Assembly (NCBI GenBank): GCA_026025075.1
Contig: JAPEUI010000084.1
Span: forward strand, 57,043-77,042
Reading direction: 5' to 3'
Length of the DNA: 20,000 nt
DNA from: Vezdaea acicularis
Lineage: Eukaryota
Part shown: positions 1-11,736 of the stretch, piece by piece
Position numbering within the stretch: the first letter of the stretch is position 1
How the letters are laid out: each line of letters starts with the position of its first letter
Position numbers and translations under genes: made by a program
Notes under the pieces: model-generated
Told to the model about the DNA's origin: nothing
The model's input: the letters and a program-made list of their open reading frames with translations, nothing else
Database searches by the model: none

Positions 1-356
1 GTAACAAGGCACATGGCGTGGGGGTTGGAGAGTCGGGACTAAAGCGCCCAGCTCCGCAACCCTCACCAACATGCCAACTCACTGCTACAGTCCCTCCCTT
101 TGGTGCCAATCAGATAACAGTGGGTTCTAGTACTATACTGCATTCTAATGTATCTAGCCATCTACTGAGGTGCAGTTCTGACTGTGGGGGCTTAGAGCAA
201 GGTTAAAGTTTTCGCTAATGACACAAGTTCCCCCATTTTTCCCCCACCACCCTGCAGGGGTCCGTGCAGCCCAAGTCATGGGTTAAACGGATTCGTCACA
301 CCCAACTTTCTCGCAAAAAATTAAATTCGGAGCCTGGCTTCGCAATTTCGAGCATC

Positions 357-1774
<1,418 letters not shown>

Positions 1775-2084
1775 ACGGGAGCGAAGCAGCGTAAGAGCCC
1801 CTAAGCCGGCATGCACCGCTCCTTGCCCTTTTACAATACTTTTCAGAATCACTTCAGAAGAGATCATGGCCGTGATGAACAAATGAAGGGAACAAAAGGT
1901 TAGCAATAAAGAGTACTAAAGGGATGTTGAGATTTGTTCCAGTGTAGATGTGAATGATTAGAGGATATAAACAATCTCAGGTCCCCTGAGGCCTACACAG
2001 AAGTTCAGGGCTTTGACTCTCACGCGTGTTGACTTTTGGACCCAAAATATTTGAAGGCTGCTGAATCTGAAGATGTTGATATCA

Positions 2085-2118
2085 CCAATCGAAGACCTAA
2101 GCGTGCTCCAACCAATCA
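2085..2118 (+). promoter_or_regulatory. Two CCAAT boxes upstream of CYT1 (putative Hap/CCAAT-binding complex sites)
   Basis: CCAAT at 2085-2089 (context CACCAATC) and at 2112-2116 (context AACCAATCA), about 170-200 bp before the ATG. Yeast CYT1 is a known Hap2/3/4/5 target. Function here is inferred. Confidence 0.5.
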
Positions 2119-2282
2119 AATGCTCGTTTCAAATTTCGCGAACCCGGTCGCTCCACCATACATCCTTTCTGACGATCATAGATCCTCGTCTGACGACTTC
2201 ATCTCGACTACGCTCTCTCCCTTTCTCATTGCGCTTTTTCTTTGTCGTCCACATATTGGGGTGCGACCCCTTTCGCGTTGCA

Positions 2283-3631
2283 ATGTTGTCTAGATCCAGC
2301 ATTCGCACTGCACGCGTCGTCGGCGCCACGAAGAGTGCAACCTCCAAGAAGCTTATAAAGGTATATTCATCAACTCTCTCATTCAACTCCCTCGATCGAT
2401 ATTGTGAGCTTTGACTATCAGCGACTGACCAATGCTGCACATTCAGCAACCTGCGAATACTTCCTACTCAACTTCCCAGGCGCCGAAGAGCTCGATCCAA
2501 GATGTTCTGGCCAGATCTGCCGCCACCCTCGTAGCAGTTGGATCTGTCGCTTGGTACTTCCATCTCTATGGTCCAGAGGCGCATGCAATGACCCCTCAAG
2601 AAGAAGGGTAAGTAGTATTAGACTTGTCTGTTCGAATCGAAACATATTAACGACAACGGCACCAATTGGTCATCTACGCTTTGCCATAGCAGATCGGACA
2701 GTTTTTCAAGCGCAGCGATTCTCAGTCAATACTCTTGCTTTAAGAATTGGGCGGCAGGCAACCAATGGAGACATTGCTAACATGCACGACATAGACTCCA
2801 TCCCACCCAGTATCCATGGGAGCATCAGAAGTGGACTAAAACTTTTGACCATCAAGCGTACGAGGTCACAGATCCCCTCTACATGTGTATGATGTTCTAA
2901 TGTCTGATCTAGTCTCCGCCGAGGGTTCCAAGTCTATCGCGAAGTTTGTTCATCCTGCCATTCACTGAAGCGTATCCCGTGGAGATCACTCGTTGGGACA
3001 ACCCATACCGTCGATGAAGCGAAAGCTATGGCTGAGGAGAATGAATATGATAGTGAGCCTAACGATGAGGGCGAAATTGAAAAGCGGCCTGGAAAACTCT
3101 CAGATTACATTCCTGGGCCATACAAGAACGATGAAGCCGCACGAGCTGCCAACCAGGGCGCGCTACCACCCGACTTGAGTCTCATGGTTAAGGCACGACA
3201 CGGCGGCTGCAACTATATTTTCAGTCTTCTTACTGGATATCCTGAAGAGCTACCCGCCGGCGCTGTTGTTGCACCTGGACTGAATTTCAACCCCTACTTT
3301 CCTGGGACTGGTAAATGCTCTCCTCTCCTACAGTCAGAATTAGGCTAATTTTATTGCCATAGGCATCGCCATGGCCAGGGTCCTCTATGATGGTCTTGTT
3401 GAATACGAAGATGGCACGCCAGCTACAACGTCCCAGATGGCTAAAGATGTCGTTGAATTTCTCAACTGGTCAGCAGAGCCTGAAATGGATCAAAGGAAGA
3501 AGATGGGTATCAAAGTTCTGGTAGTTGGATCGGTGCTCTTCGCACTGAGTGTTTGGACAAAGCGATACAAATGGTCCCCCATCAAGACAAGAAAGCTTGT
3601 TTATGATCCACCAGTGAAGCGGGGGAAGTAG
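2283..3631 (+). CDS. CYT1: Cytochrome c1, heme protein of mitochondrial complex III; 5 exons: 2283-2360, 2447-2607, 2795-2857, 2913-3310, 3363-3631 (322 aa)
   Basis: Bipartite presequence ([12 protein letters not shown]..., then a hydrophobic sorting stretch ending [10 protein letters not shown]). Mature region has [30 protein letters not shown] (CxxCH heme site), [24 protein letters not shown] (axial Met), FLNWSAEPE and a C-terminal TM anchor. Exons total 969 nt, in frame. Confidence 0.97.
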
Positions 3632-4263
3632 ATGGCAGTTGTATTTGTGGCCACATGTGAGCATGAAGGAATAGGTAGAGGCAAACATGGAGCAAATTCG
3701 CCTTACTTATTCCGCACTTCATGGACGCCACTCGTGCGTGTAGATTAATCAATAGGTACCACATTACTTTTGCTTCATACAGTACTTTTGATTGGTTCAT
3801 TACCTTGTGATCTGTCCATTAGATATACTCGACCAACCGTCGTGATAGAAAGAGCACCAAAACATTCAACTCCGCCTTTCCTACAACGATTCACATATAG
3901 CAAACCCAACACATGCTGTCAACGCCCCTTTTTCCGTTCCTCAAGCAGTCGAGAATTCAAGATGGATTGATTCGCCCGGTCTCATCGCCTACGCCTTTCG
4001 TCGATTTGTACTCAGCAATGATGCATGTAAGTTGGATTCAGAAGATGACTGAGGTGACTGAACTTACAACGAATTATACGACACTGGCCCCAGATCAATA
4101 GCGTAGCCGGTACATACGAGTAGACCACACTTGGCCTGACTTGAATGATAGTGTATGTGAGGAGTGGCGTTTTTGGGAGGGAGATAATGAGCACTATCTG
4201 GACACATAATTCCTCCGATATAAAGGGCTGCAAGCCCTTTGAAGAGGGAGAGAGAGAAGAATT

Positions 4264-4827
4264 CTAGAGATTCTGTGCTACCATTGACTTCGCTAAGAAC
4301 TTGCGAAGATACGACCATCTCGTTGCGTTCGCGTCAAGTTGCTGCGTCTCAGTGTTTTGGTTAGGTTGACATTTTCTGCTTTCTTCAGTAGAGACCCTTT
4401 GCTCCGCCATCTGCGCCATGTTCCGGCTAAATCTTTCCCTTTCCAGCCTATCAATCTTCTCCTTCTGTTTCATTGCTCCAGGCTTAATTCGAAAGCTCTT
4501 GTGGCCTGCATGGACAGTCTGGGCTTTCCCATTCAAGCCTCCTCTCGTTTCGTCCTCTGGCAAGGCCTCCATGAGAGATTGTAGAGTTGCAAGCTTCTTC
4601 GAGGACCGGCGTTTTTTGTGGGATGGCTTGCGAGGCTTTTCGATCCTTTTCAAGAACAAGTTGTGCTTGATTGTGCGTTTATCCCTTTTCGAATTACTAA
4701 AGGAAGAGGCGAGGGGGTTTGTATGTTGGACTAGAGGTCTTATAGCCCTTGGAACTTTGCTGGGAATATTAGGCGCCTAAACAGCTTATCAGTATCATCG
4801 CGCGTAGCTGCTTTGAATCCATACCAT
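4264..4827 (-). CDS. Ribosome biogenesis protein, SLX9-like; exons 4827-4825 (ATG only) and 4776-4264 (171 aa)
   Basis: ATG|gtatgg ... ttag|GCG, a 48-nt intron. The basic protein contains SKRDKRTIKH, KKRRSSKKLATLQSLMEALP, KPGAMKQKEK..ERERF and RWSYLRKFL, which resemble fungal SLX9/FAM207 proteins as I recall them. Confidence 0.75.
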
Positions 4828-5015
4828 AGTAAATTGAATGGCCCCACCAAGAGGTGTTCTGTATAACTAGCTAACAGTACTAAACGTAGTCAAAATTCCA
4901 GATTGTAGTGGGGGTGATACGAAGCGAATATGTGAGTTTGAACTCTCCCCTGCGAGCTCGACGACACTTACAGGGGCCCAAATACGCTCTGTGAAAAGTC
5001 TCGAAGGTGCAGAGG

Positions 5016-6540
5016 ATGAAAGACAATGTCAAAGACCTGAAAGAGCAGATAATAGCACAACGCACCAAACTTGTTGATCTCGAAACTAAACTTGCTCAAG
5101 CCGAATGTGTAACACCTGCTTCTGATCCTAGAACTGAAGCCCCGGGCAATGAGAGTATAACTAAACCCAGGAATCACACATGGCCATTGACCGACGAGGA
5201 GTTCCTGAGATATGGCCGCCAGATGATTGTTCCTGGCATAGGACTTGAAGGTCTGGCTCCACCAAAAGCCCGTCTAAAGGTCGCCTTCTAAGATATAGGG
5301 AGCTAACAAGCGTTACCTCTTCAGGTCAAGCAAGGTTAAAACATGCATCAGCTCTCATTGTTGGTGTTGGTGGGTTGGGCTGCCCAGCCGCTGCATATCT
5401 TGCGGGTGCCGGTGTTGGGACCATCGGTTTAGTAGATGATGATGTCGTGGAGCTATCAAACCTACACCGCCAGATCTTACACAACATTACTACTCTTGGG
5501 CTGTCAAAGGTGGATAGCGCAGTTCAACAACTCTCCAGGTAAATTACTCCAGACTAAACTAAAAGCACGCTGAGAGATATAGGCAAAACCCTTTGGTTTC
5601 TTATGTGCCTCATCGAGAGAGACTTTCCGCAGTCTCAGCCCCAGATGTTTTCTCCCATTACGATATAGTGCTTGATTGCACTGACCAGCCAAGCTCACGG
5701 TATCTGATCTCTGATACCGCAGTCCTCCTTAAGAAGCCCTTGATTAGTGCTTCTGCTCTCCGAGCTGAGGGGCAACTCATGGTTCTGAACAACCCCCCTT
5801 TACCACCAGGGAATGCATCTGGTGGGCCATGTTACAGATGTGTATTTCCAAACCCCCCGACTCCCGAAAGCGTGACTAGTTGCGGAGACGGCGGGATCCT
5901 TGGTCCGATAGTGGGGGCAATGGGGGTCCTTCAGGCTACGGAGGCAATTAAGCTAATAGTTAACGGGCCCCGCGCACCAGCAAGCTTAGTGAACGGGGAA
6001 CTTTTACTCTACTCTGCTTTTGATTCACCGTCCTTCCGAAGCGTACGTTTGCGTTCAAGGTCTCATAAATGCCTAGTGTGTTCCAAGAACGCATCTATTA
6101 CAATTGACTCATTGATATCTGGCTCATTGGACTACGCTGCGTTCTGTGGCACACCCTCTCCACTGGAGACGCTTTCGCCTGAAGAGCGGATAGAGGCTTG
6201 GGAATACGAGAGTATACGAAACAACCCCACCAAGAGGCATGCATTGTTAGATGTCCGAGAGAAAGCCCACTTTGATATATGTAATCTCAATGGCAGTATC
6301 AATCTTCCAATATCTTCGCTTTCATCGATGAATAAGGAGGTTCCTGATGAGCTCGTTGGGCTCCGAACAAGCGAAGAGCCAATATATGTCGTCTGCCGAC
6401 TCGGCAACGACTCTCAGCTTGCAGTCAAGATTTTAAAGAGCTTAGGGCTGGACCGAGGAGGGGGCCGTTATGTTGGTGACATCAAAGGGGGCTTCAATTC
6501 TTGGAAGCAGACGGTGGATCAGAGTTGGCCGGAATATTGA
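5016..6540 (+). CDS. UBA4: Adenylyltransferase and sulfurtransferase UBA4/MOCS3/CnxF (ThiF/MoeB E1-like domain plus rhodanese); exons 5016-5250, 5325-5538, 5583-6540 (468 aa)
   Basis: [45 protein letters not shown], Zn-binding CYRC and [14 protein letters not shown], rhodanese loop [10 protein letters not shown]-terminal WPEY. Exons total 1407 nt, in frame. Confidence 0.96.
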
Positions 6541-6702
6541 ATGCAAGGAATACGAAGTCGAGACAGGTTCTTGCATAAGTGATGCGGTGGGGAAGGGCGT
6601 TTATAGACGACTCTATCGTACTTTGGATAGCAATATGACTCCGAAGATTAACACTTTAGCTCGCGGACTTTCAACCCCCCATTGACCTCCTACTTCGCTA
6701 GC

Positions 6703-7469
6703 CTATACCAGACTTGCTCTTTTCTTGCTGTACGCCCTCTGATCCTTTAGCCATTGCCGATATCCAGCAACGCTACCCACTTTCTCACCATAGAAATCCG
6801 GAAGGGGACTTGATAGTGTAGACTGAGACGGGTCAACACGATAACGCTTTATTCGATTGAAAAAATCTTTCTCCTTCTAGATTCAGATATTAGTCATAGC
6901 TCCCAATGCCATGAGATGGTGAAGGGAAGACTTACAATGTCCATTGCAGCCCTCTCGTTCTTATGCAAAAGTCCAAATGCAGTACTCCCTAAGGACGGCC
7001 CCAAAAGCCAACCCAGGGCCCCAAAACCAGCCGTAACTATGCCAAGTACTATGAACGGCTCCATGCCCATCAAAGTGGCGTGCCCGACTGCATCAAGTTC
7101 TGGTCGTGAAAGAATGGACACGCCGAGTGCCGTCGAGCACACCGACGTCCCTAGTGAAGCTGCGAGATTATACCGCCGCCGTGATTTGCGGAGCTTGAAA
7201 TATGTGTTCCAGTCAAGCATATGAGTAGAAGAGGCCTCGGTCGTAGAAGAATTGGCAGAATCCTGGGAGGAAGCTACCGACGTGTGCCATCTTCGAGAAA
7301 GGCCTGCTGTATGAAGAGTTTTGCTGTACCGTAGGGGTAGTGGATTTGAGGATGACGGTTGTTGCCTAATACAAACAGTTCTCCTAGAGCTAGAGCCTGT
7401 GCAAGAAATGGATCTTTGGGAGTTCCTCCATCCCAGCATTCTAGGTGAAGTACAAATTGAACGCTGCAT
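6703..7469 (-). CDS. PAM17: Presequence translocase-associated motor subunit Pam17; exons 7469-6936 and 6876-6703 (235 aa)
   Basis: Arg/Ser-rich mitochondrial presequence from MQRSICTSPR, then LDWNTYFKLRKSRRRY and two hydrophobic helices (...GALGWLLGPSLG). After a gtaagt...ctag intron, exon 2 reads KEKDFFNRIKRYRVDPS...PDFYGEKVGSVAGYRQWLKDQRAY, the Pam17 C-terminal signature. The start is taken as the first in-frame ATG. Confidence 0.92.
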
Positions 7470-8078
7470 CCTGGGACGCAAATGTGCTGTTGCATGCACA
7501 GTAGAGAATTCAAAATGCCAACTTGGCCTAGCCGTCGAGACCAGTATGCCTACCTCAACCGAGCGCGATTGCCTCGTCCTCGGCGGTATGACCTTTCGAC
7601 ATTACAACGCGGCTATAAATGTTCCATGTAACTTTTCTTGATTTCCCTAAAATATTTTGTAATACTGTGGGGCTTTTTCGGAATTTTCTATGGCGCGTAC
7701 TAATTCGATCTTTTTACGTTAAGGCTTTTGCTGGCGATCGCAGCTTGTTTAGTCGTTTTCCTGTGGTAAAGTTGGGCTCAATTCAAAATCACCTAACAGC
7801 TCAGAATTTGGAGGTATTACACGTAGGTTGAATTTAAGGCTCATGTATGCTATCTATTGAAGGGAGACTGTCAAGCACCCTTCGCTAGTGAGCATATTCA
7901 GATCAAATTTAATTATAAATCCCAGGAGGTAGCGGTCGCATTTAACAGCGGTCTGCTTTTGTGTCAAGCCATGATACTAAATCTAAGGTGATGGTCAACT
8001 CTTTAGCTTGTTGCAAAATTCTCTCATTCCCTTATTCGACACCTCGTTCATCCAACGTTCTAGCTCTTTATCCTATCA

Positions 8079-10358
8079 CTAACGCACGGTTCCATCATGC
8101 GGGCAAACTTCGCAGCCTAAATTTTCAGAGCCAAGATTCGCAGGCGGTTGATTTGGTGAACCAGGTGTGGGTTGTGGATCACTTGACTCTCCTCCTTTGG
8201 AAGTATTCGAAATCCAATCGGTTTCACCATACTTGCTTGATTGATCTAGCAGCATCCATAATGGTCCTGCACATGGATCCAATTTGAACTTGGCCTTTAG
8301 CTGTATACTTGAGGCCTGTAACAAGCCCCAGAAGCTGCTAGATGCATTCACGCTAGTGAACAGCAAGTGTAAAGCTCCGAACTCGTCCTGAAACGTCTGT
8401 TCCATTTCTTGTGGAACCTGATGGAAGAAATGCCTGACTTGTTCCTCCGATAGATTTTGAGGAAAGTGTCGAATGCGGATGTGTCGGGTTTGTTTATCCC
8501 GAATCACGGCTACATGGAGTCCTGTTGACATGGGATACGTCGGAGTATTGATTAGCGACACCCTGATAAATTGGCCACACACCTTTAGGGCGTATTTCAG
8601 GGCGAATTGAGCATATTTGTGCGCTGATTCCGGATGTATGAACGTCACTAATGCCGAGATATGCCCTGTAATTGAGGTTGTATCTACAATTGTTGCAGAA
8701 GCAATAGCGCCACCGCGGACGATCGAGAGAACGTCCTTCATCTTAACATGGGTTGGCAGTTCTTCTATCACGACGCATCTTGCATAATTCTGCTCTGGGT
8801 CTTCCGGTTTATACGTGATACCGTACGCAAGGAAGGTCGGATCGAAAGGTTTCCATGGACTTTCCAACATGCGTTGTGAATTGTGCAGTAAATTGAACGG
8901 AGCGTGGTTGCCATGATCAGATAGATACGCTCGAGGTGCTCTAGGAGGTGCTCTTGAATATTTATTCTCGTCGGGGTCGTAAGCGCCGATCCTTATGGCT
9001 GATATGTCAGTCTCTTGAGCCACTGGCTTCGGAAAGCCCATCATGGCCTCGAGCTTTTGCTTCGTCGTGACTAGCGTAAGCTCAGTACTAGAGTTCTGCA
9101 AACGCTCTTAGCAAGTGTTGAAATTAGGACAGCGGCATTTTTAAGGGCTTACTTGAAAGGAATCATACGTCCGAATAGCTCTGGTCAAGCTTGAATTCTG
9201 ATTTTCAGCTGCAAGTTTAGGGGTCGCACAATCCGGTTCTTGAGCGCGCTGCGTCTGAGAATCCAGGCATTCGTAATCATCAAACGAAAGAAGGTCATTA
9301 TCTTCGGGTCTGACTGCACCGTGCGATTCCCGCGACCCCACACCCAATAAATCTTCTGAATCCACTAAGAGGGATGGTGTGTCAGTGGGAATAATTGGAA
9401 GGCCGGTATGCTCCGGGTAACAGGATGTACTCTGGTAGATAGCCGCATCCTCTGCAAGGAAGGCACAACCAAATTGAAGCAGATCACCGGTCAACGGGCC
9501 CTTCGATCCTGCACATGTTCCAGTCGCGTCGGTAATTCCAGCCCGAGGTGCAGCATAGCATTCCATGATACTACTTCGGCCCGTGTCCTCAGTTTTGAGG
9601 TCAACAAGTTCATCAGCAGAGCCCATGCTACTCCCTTGTGACATATGGATATCATCTAAGGGTAGAAGCGCGAGATATTGATTCCTCTTTGATTCCTCGC
9701 TGTGGTCTGCAAGGCGCAAGGTATCCTGCAAACCAGATTGGAGATTCGGCTCGTGCCTGGGAGGGAGCTCTGGTGGATCAGAGATCAATTCTCTAGATGG
9801 TGTGCCGTGCCGGCTAACGATTGAGTGTTGAGAGCACGTGCCTGTGTACGTGGAACTGCCACCATTGTCCTCTGGACTTACATATCCCGGTCTGTTGTAT
9901 TGCTCGAGGGACCTCAGACGTTCTGTGAGTGCTTCGTCAAAAGTAAAACGTTGCACTAGAGTATCAAGGGTTGAAGTGATATGACCCAGCGACTCAGACG
10001 TGGATACTTTAAAGTGACTTATGTCGCTCTTTATTTCTTCAAGGAGATGCACGAAGGCAAGATGAGGTGCTGTTGGCGGAGGAGTGCTACATGCCAATAG
10101 TTCATCGCCTAATAAGCTCGGCTTCGTGTTACTCCTGGTATCATCATTGATAGCCGATGTTCCTGTTGAACAGCTGCCTGAGTTTGAGGATTCTTCAAGA
10201 ACTGGCAACCGTTTGGAAGTTCCAAGAGACGAATCTAGCGGCTGAGGGAGTCCTAGAATGAATCGAAGCGGGACCGAGACATAATGCTCGTTTGTCTCAT
10301 TTCCATTGCCTGATGTGATAGAAGGGCCAAATTGAGGTGAGACAACTTGAACGGACAT
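8079..10358 (-). CDS. Uncharacterised protein with a long low-complexity N-terminus and C-terminal tandem RRM-like domains; exons 10358-9153 and 9095-8079 (about 740 aa)
   Basis: ORFs 9141-10496 and 8079-9101 join in phase 0 through CAA|gtaagc...ttgcag|AAC (57-nt intron). First RRM-like unit: RCVVIEELPTHVKMKDVLSIVRGG...ALVTFIHPESAHKY. Second: TRHIRIRHFPQNLSEEQVR...LLFTSVNAS. ATG 10358 is the first in-frame ATG and has A at -3. Start and extreme 3' end are less certain (a gtgcgt donor lies at 8087). Confidence 0.72.
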
Positions 10359-10808
10359 CGTGGGACTGAGTTGAGGAAGTATGAATAGAGAATCAGGATC
10401 TAGCGCAGCGATCTGTACTTCGGCTGAGTAAAACCTAGCGCCAAAGCGAGACTGGGTTTCATGTGACGATACTTCTATCAAAAGCCATATCGTCAAACAG
10501 AGGTCTGATATTTTAATAGATAGACACTTCCTTACCGTAAGTCGCTCTTGGTTGGGCCGGTAAGGGTCGAATAGAAATTGATTAACAGATTTCGTCCTTC
10601 TAGGTTATTCTCCATTTACCAACATAAGAGGTCTTTCTAGTCGCGTTCCAGTAAGGTTTTGAATATAGAAAGATATGTAGATAGATATAAGACTCAAAGA
10701 ATGTCAGTTTGTAAGCTTGGTGCGCCCTAAGAAGTAGTCACTCGGAAAGGCTTCCTGAGAGGAGTAGATATTGTTGAATCTGCAAGCAGAAACAGACGAG
10801 ACGGTGTC

Positions 10809-10814
10809 TTTATA
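10809..10814 (-). promoter_or_regulatory. Putative TATA box (TATAAA) of the RRM-like gene
   Basis: Minus-strand TATAAA followed by a CT-rich stretch (ctcgtctgtttctgcttgc) typical of fungal transcription start regions. Confidence 0.4.
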
Positions 10815-11736
10815 AGCCCTTGTCATCATACCTTCACAACGAGCTCGTCGTGAAAGTGAAAGTGAGTACTAAAAAAAGGTTGCAATCTTATAGCATAAGA
10901 TTAAATAGCTCTAGAAGGAGATAGACTAAGACAATGATACTAAGAAAGTGAGCTTTGGTCTCCGCTGAGCAGATAAAGTCAAGTTGAGCCCTATTCTTGA
11001 CAATTTAGGCATGTTGGGATACATTCTCGCGTCACTCTACCCGGTGACAGAATGCATAGGGTTCGAGGATGGAAGTCAAAATCCCAGACGCTAACCACAT
11101 GAATCGCGGCAACAGAGCACCCTAGCTATTCTAGACCCACAATATGGATTGGATAAGCGCAGAACCTGCAGGAGTTAGTGTGTTCGCGCACCAGAAAAGT
11201 CTGTGGCTCTTTCTAAGCGTAGCATCATAATACCATCAAGTGCACAAGGTGCACAGTTGAGGATCTCGGAGCAGTGAGTATGTCCATCAACCTATACAAT
11301 GAGCCCAACCTGTTGGTGTTGGCAAAGGCCGTCACCATATGGACGGTAGTACTAATCAATTCTCTTGTGGATACCATCTTATGAACCCTCCATAGAGAGA
11401 TATGGGGAGGGTTGGGGACAACCCACCTTTCACGTGGACCAATCGCTTCGCCTGTATACACTTAGTCATCAGACCTTTAAGCGATTCGCGGATGGGGGTC
11501 GACACACAGCGCACCTAAACATCGGAACATCAAAGTCCCTGGCATCCAAGTACTCTCTCTCATACCTTGAGCGACCAGACATCCTGTCGCTACGGTGAAT
11601 AGCCTCAATGGCGACGATATAAGCCCAGCTACGAACACGAAAATCTGGACCCGTCAGTCGCTACCTGAAACATTATCCTTCTTTTATCTTCTTTCACTCA
11701 ACCCATTTGGACGGAACCCTCCCTTGAGATATAGCC

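Noticed and set aside
18..356. Gcn4/CpcA element expected upstream of an amino-acid biosynthesis gene
   Set aside because: Only imperfect matches (TGACTG, TGACAC, TGACTT on the minus strand). No TGACTC in the visible promoter.
2607..2700. Possible stwintron (nested intron) in CYT1 intron 2
   Set aside because: Removing the internal 82- or 85-nt segment does not regenerate a credible donor for an outer intron.
2085..2790. Bipartite CBC-HapX motif (CSAAT-N12-RWT) at the CYT1 CCAAT boxes
   Set aside because: None of the CCAAT/CGAAT sites I checked by hand has RWT at the required spacing.
2404..2892. 162-aa ORF overlapping CYT1
   Set aside because: It runs through CYT1 introns and exons with no ATG start and no recognisable motif, so it is treated as a shadow ORF.
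2858..2912. C/D-box-like words (ATGATG, CTGA) in CYT1 intron 3
   Set aside because: The boxes are about 10 nt apart and surround the branch point, far too short for a snoRNA.
3913..4123. Small + strand ORF with a perfect GTAAGT donor at 4027 between CYT1 and SLX9
   Set aside because: The spliced product would be under 50 aa with no recognisable motif, the branch site is unconvincing, and the region is plausibly convergent 3' UTR.
4339..4780. + strand ORFs of 81 and 120 aa
   Set aside because: Antisense shadows of the SLX9-like gene.
9102..9152. Break between the 451-aa and 340-aa minus-strand ORFs as a pseudogene lesion or an editing-corrected stop
   Set aside because: A canonical 57-nt phase-0 intron explains it. 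No in-frame stop remains in any spliced model.
11050..11075. GGTTCGA T-loop-like words (also near 15783) suggesting tRNA
   Set aside because: No T-stem, acceptor stem or cloverleaf can be formed around either.
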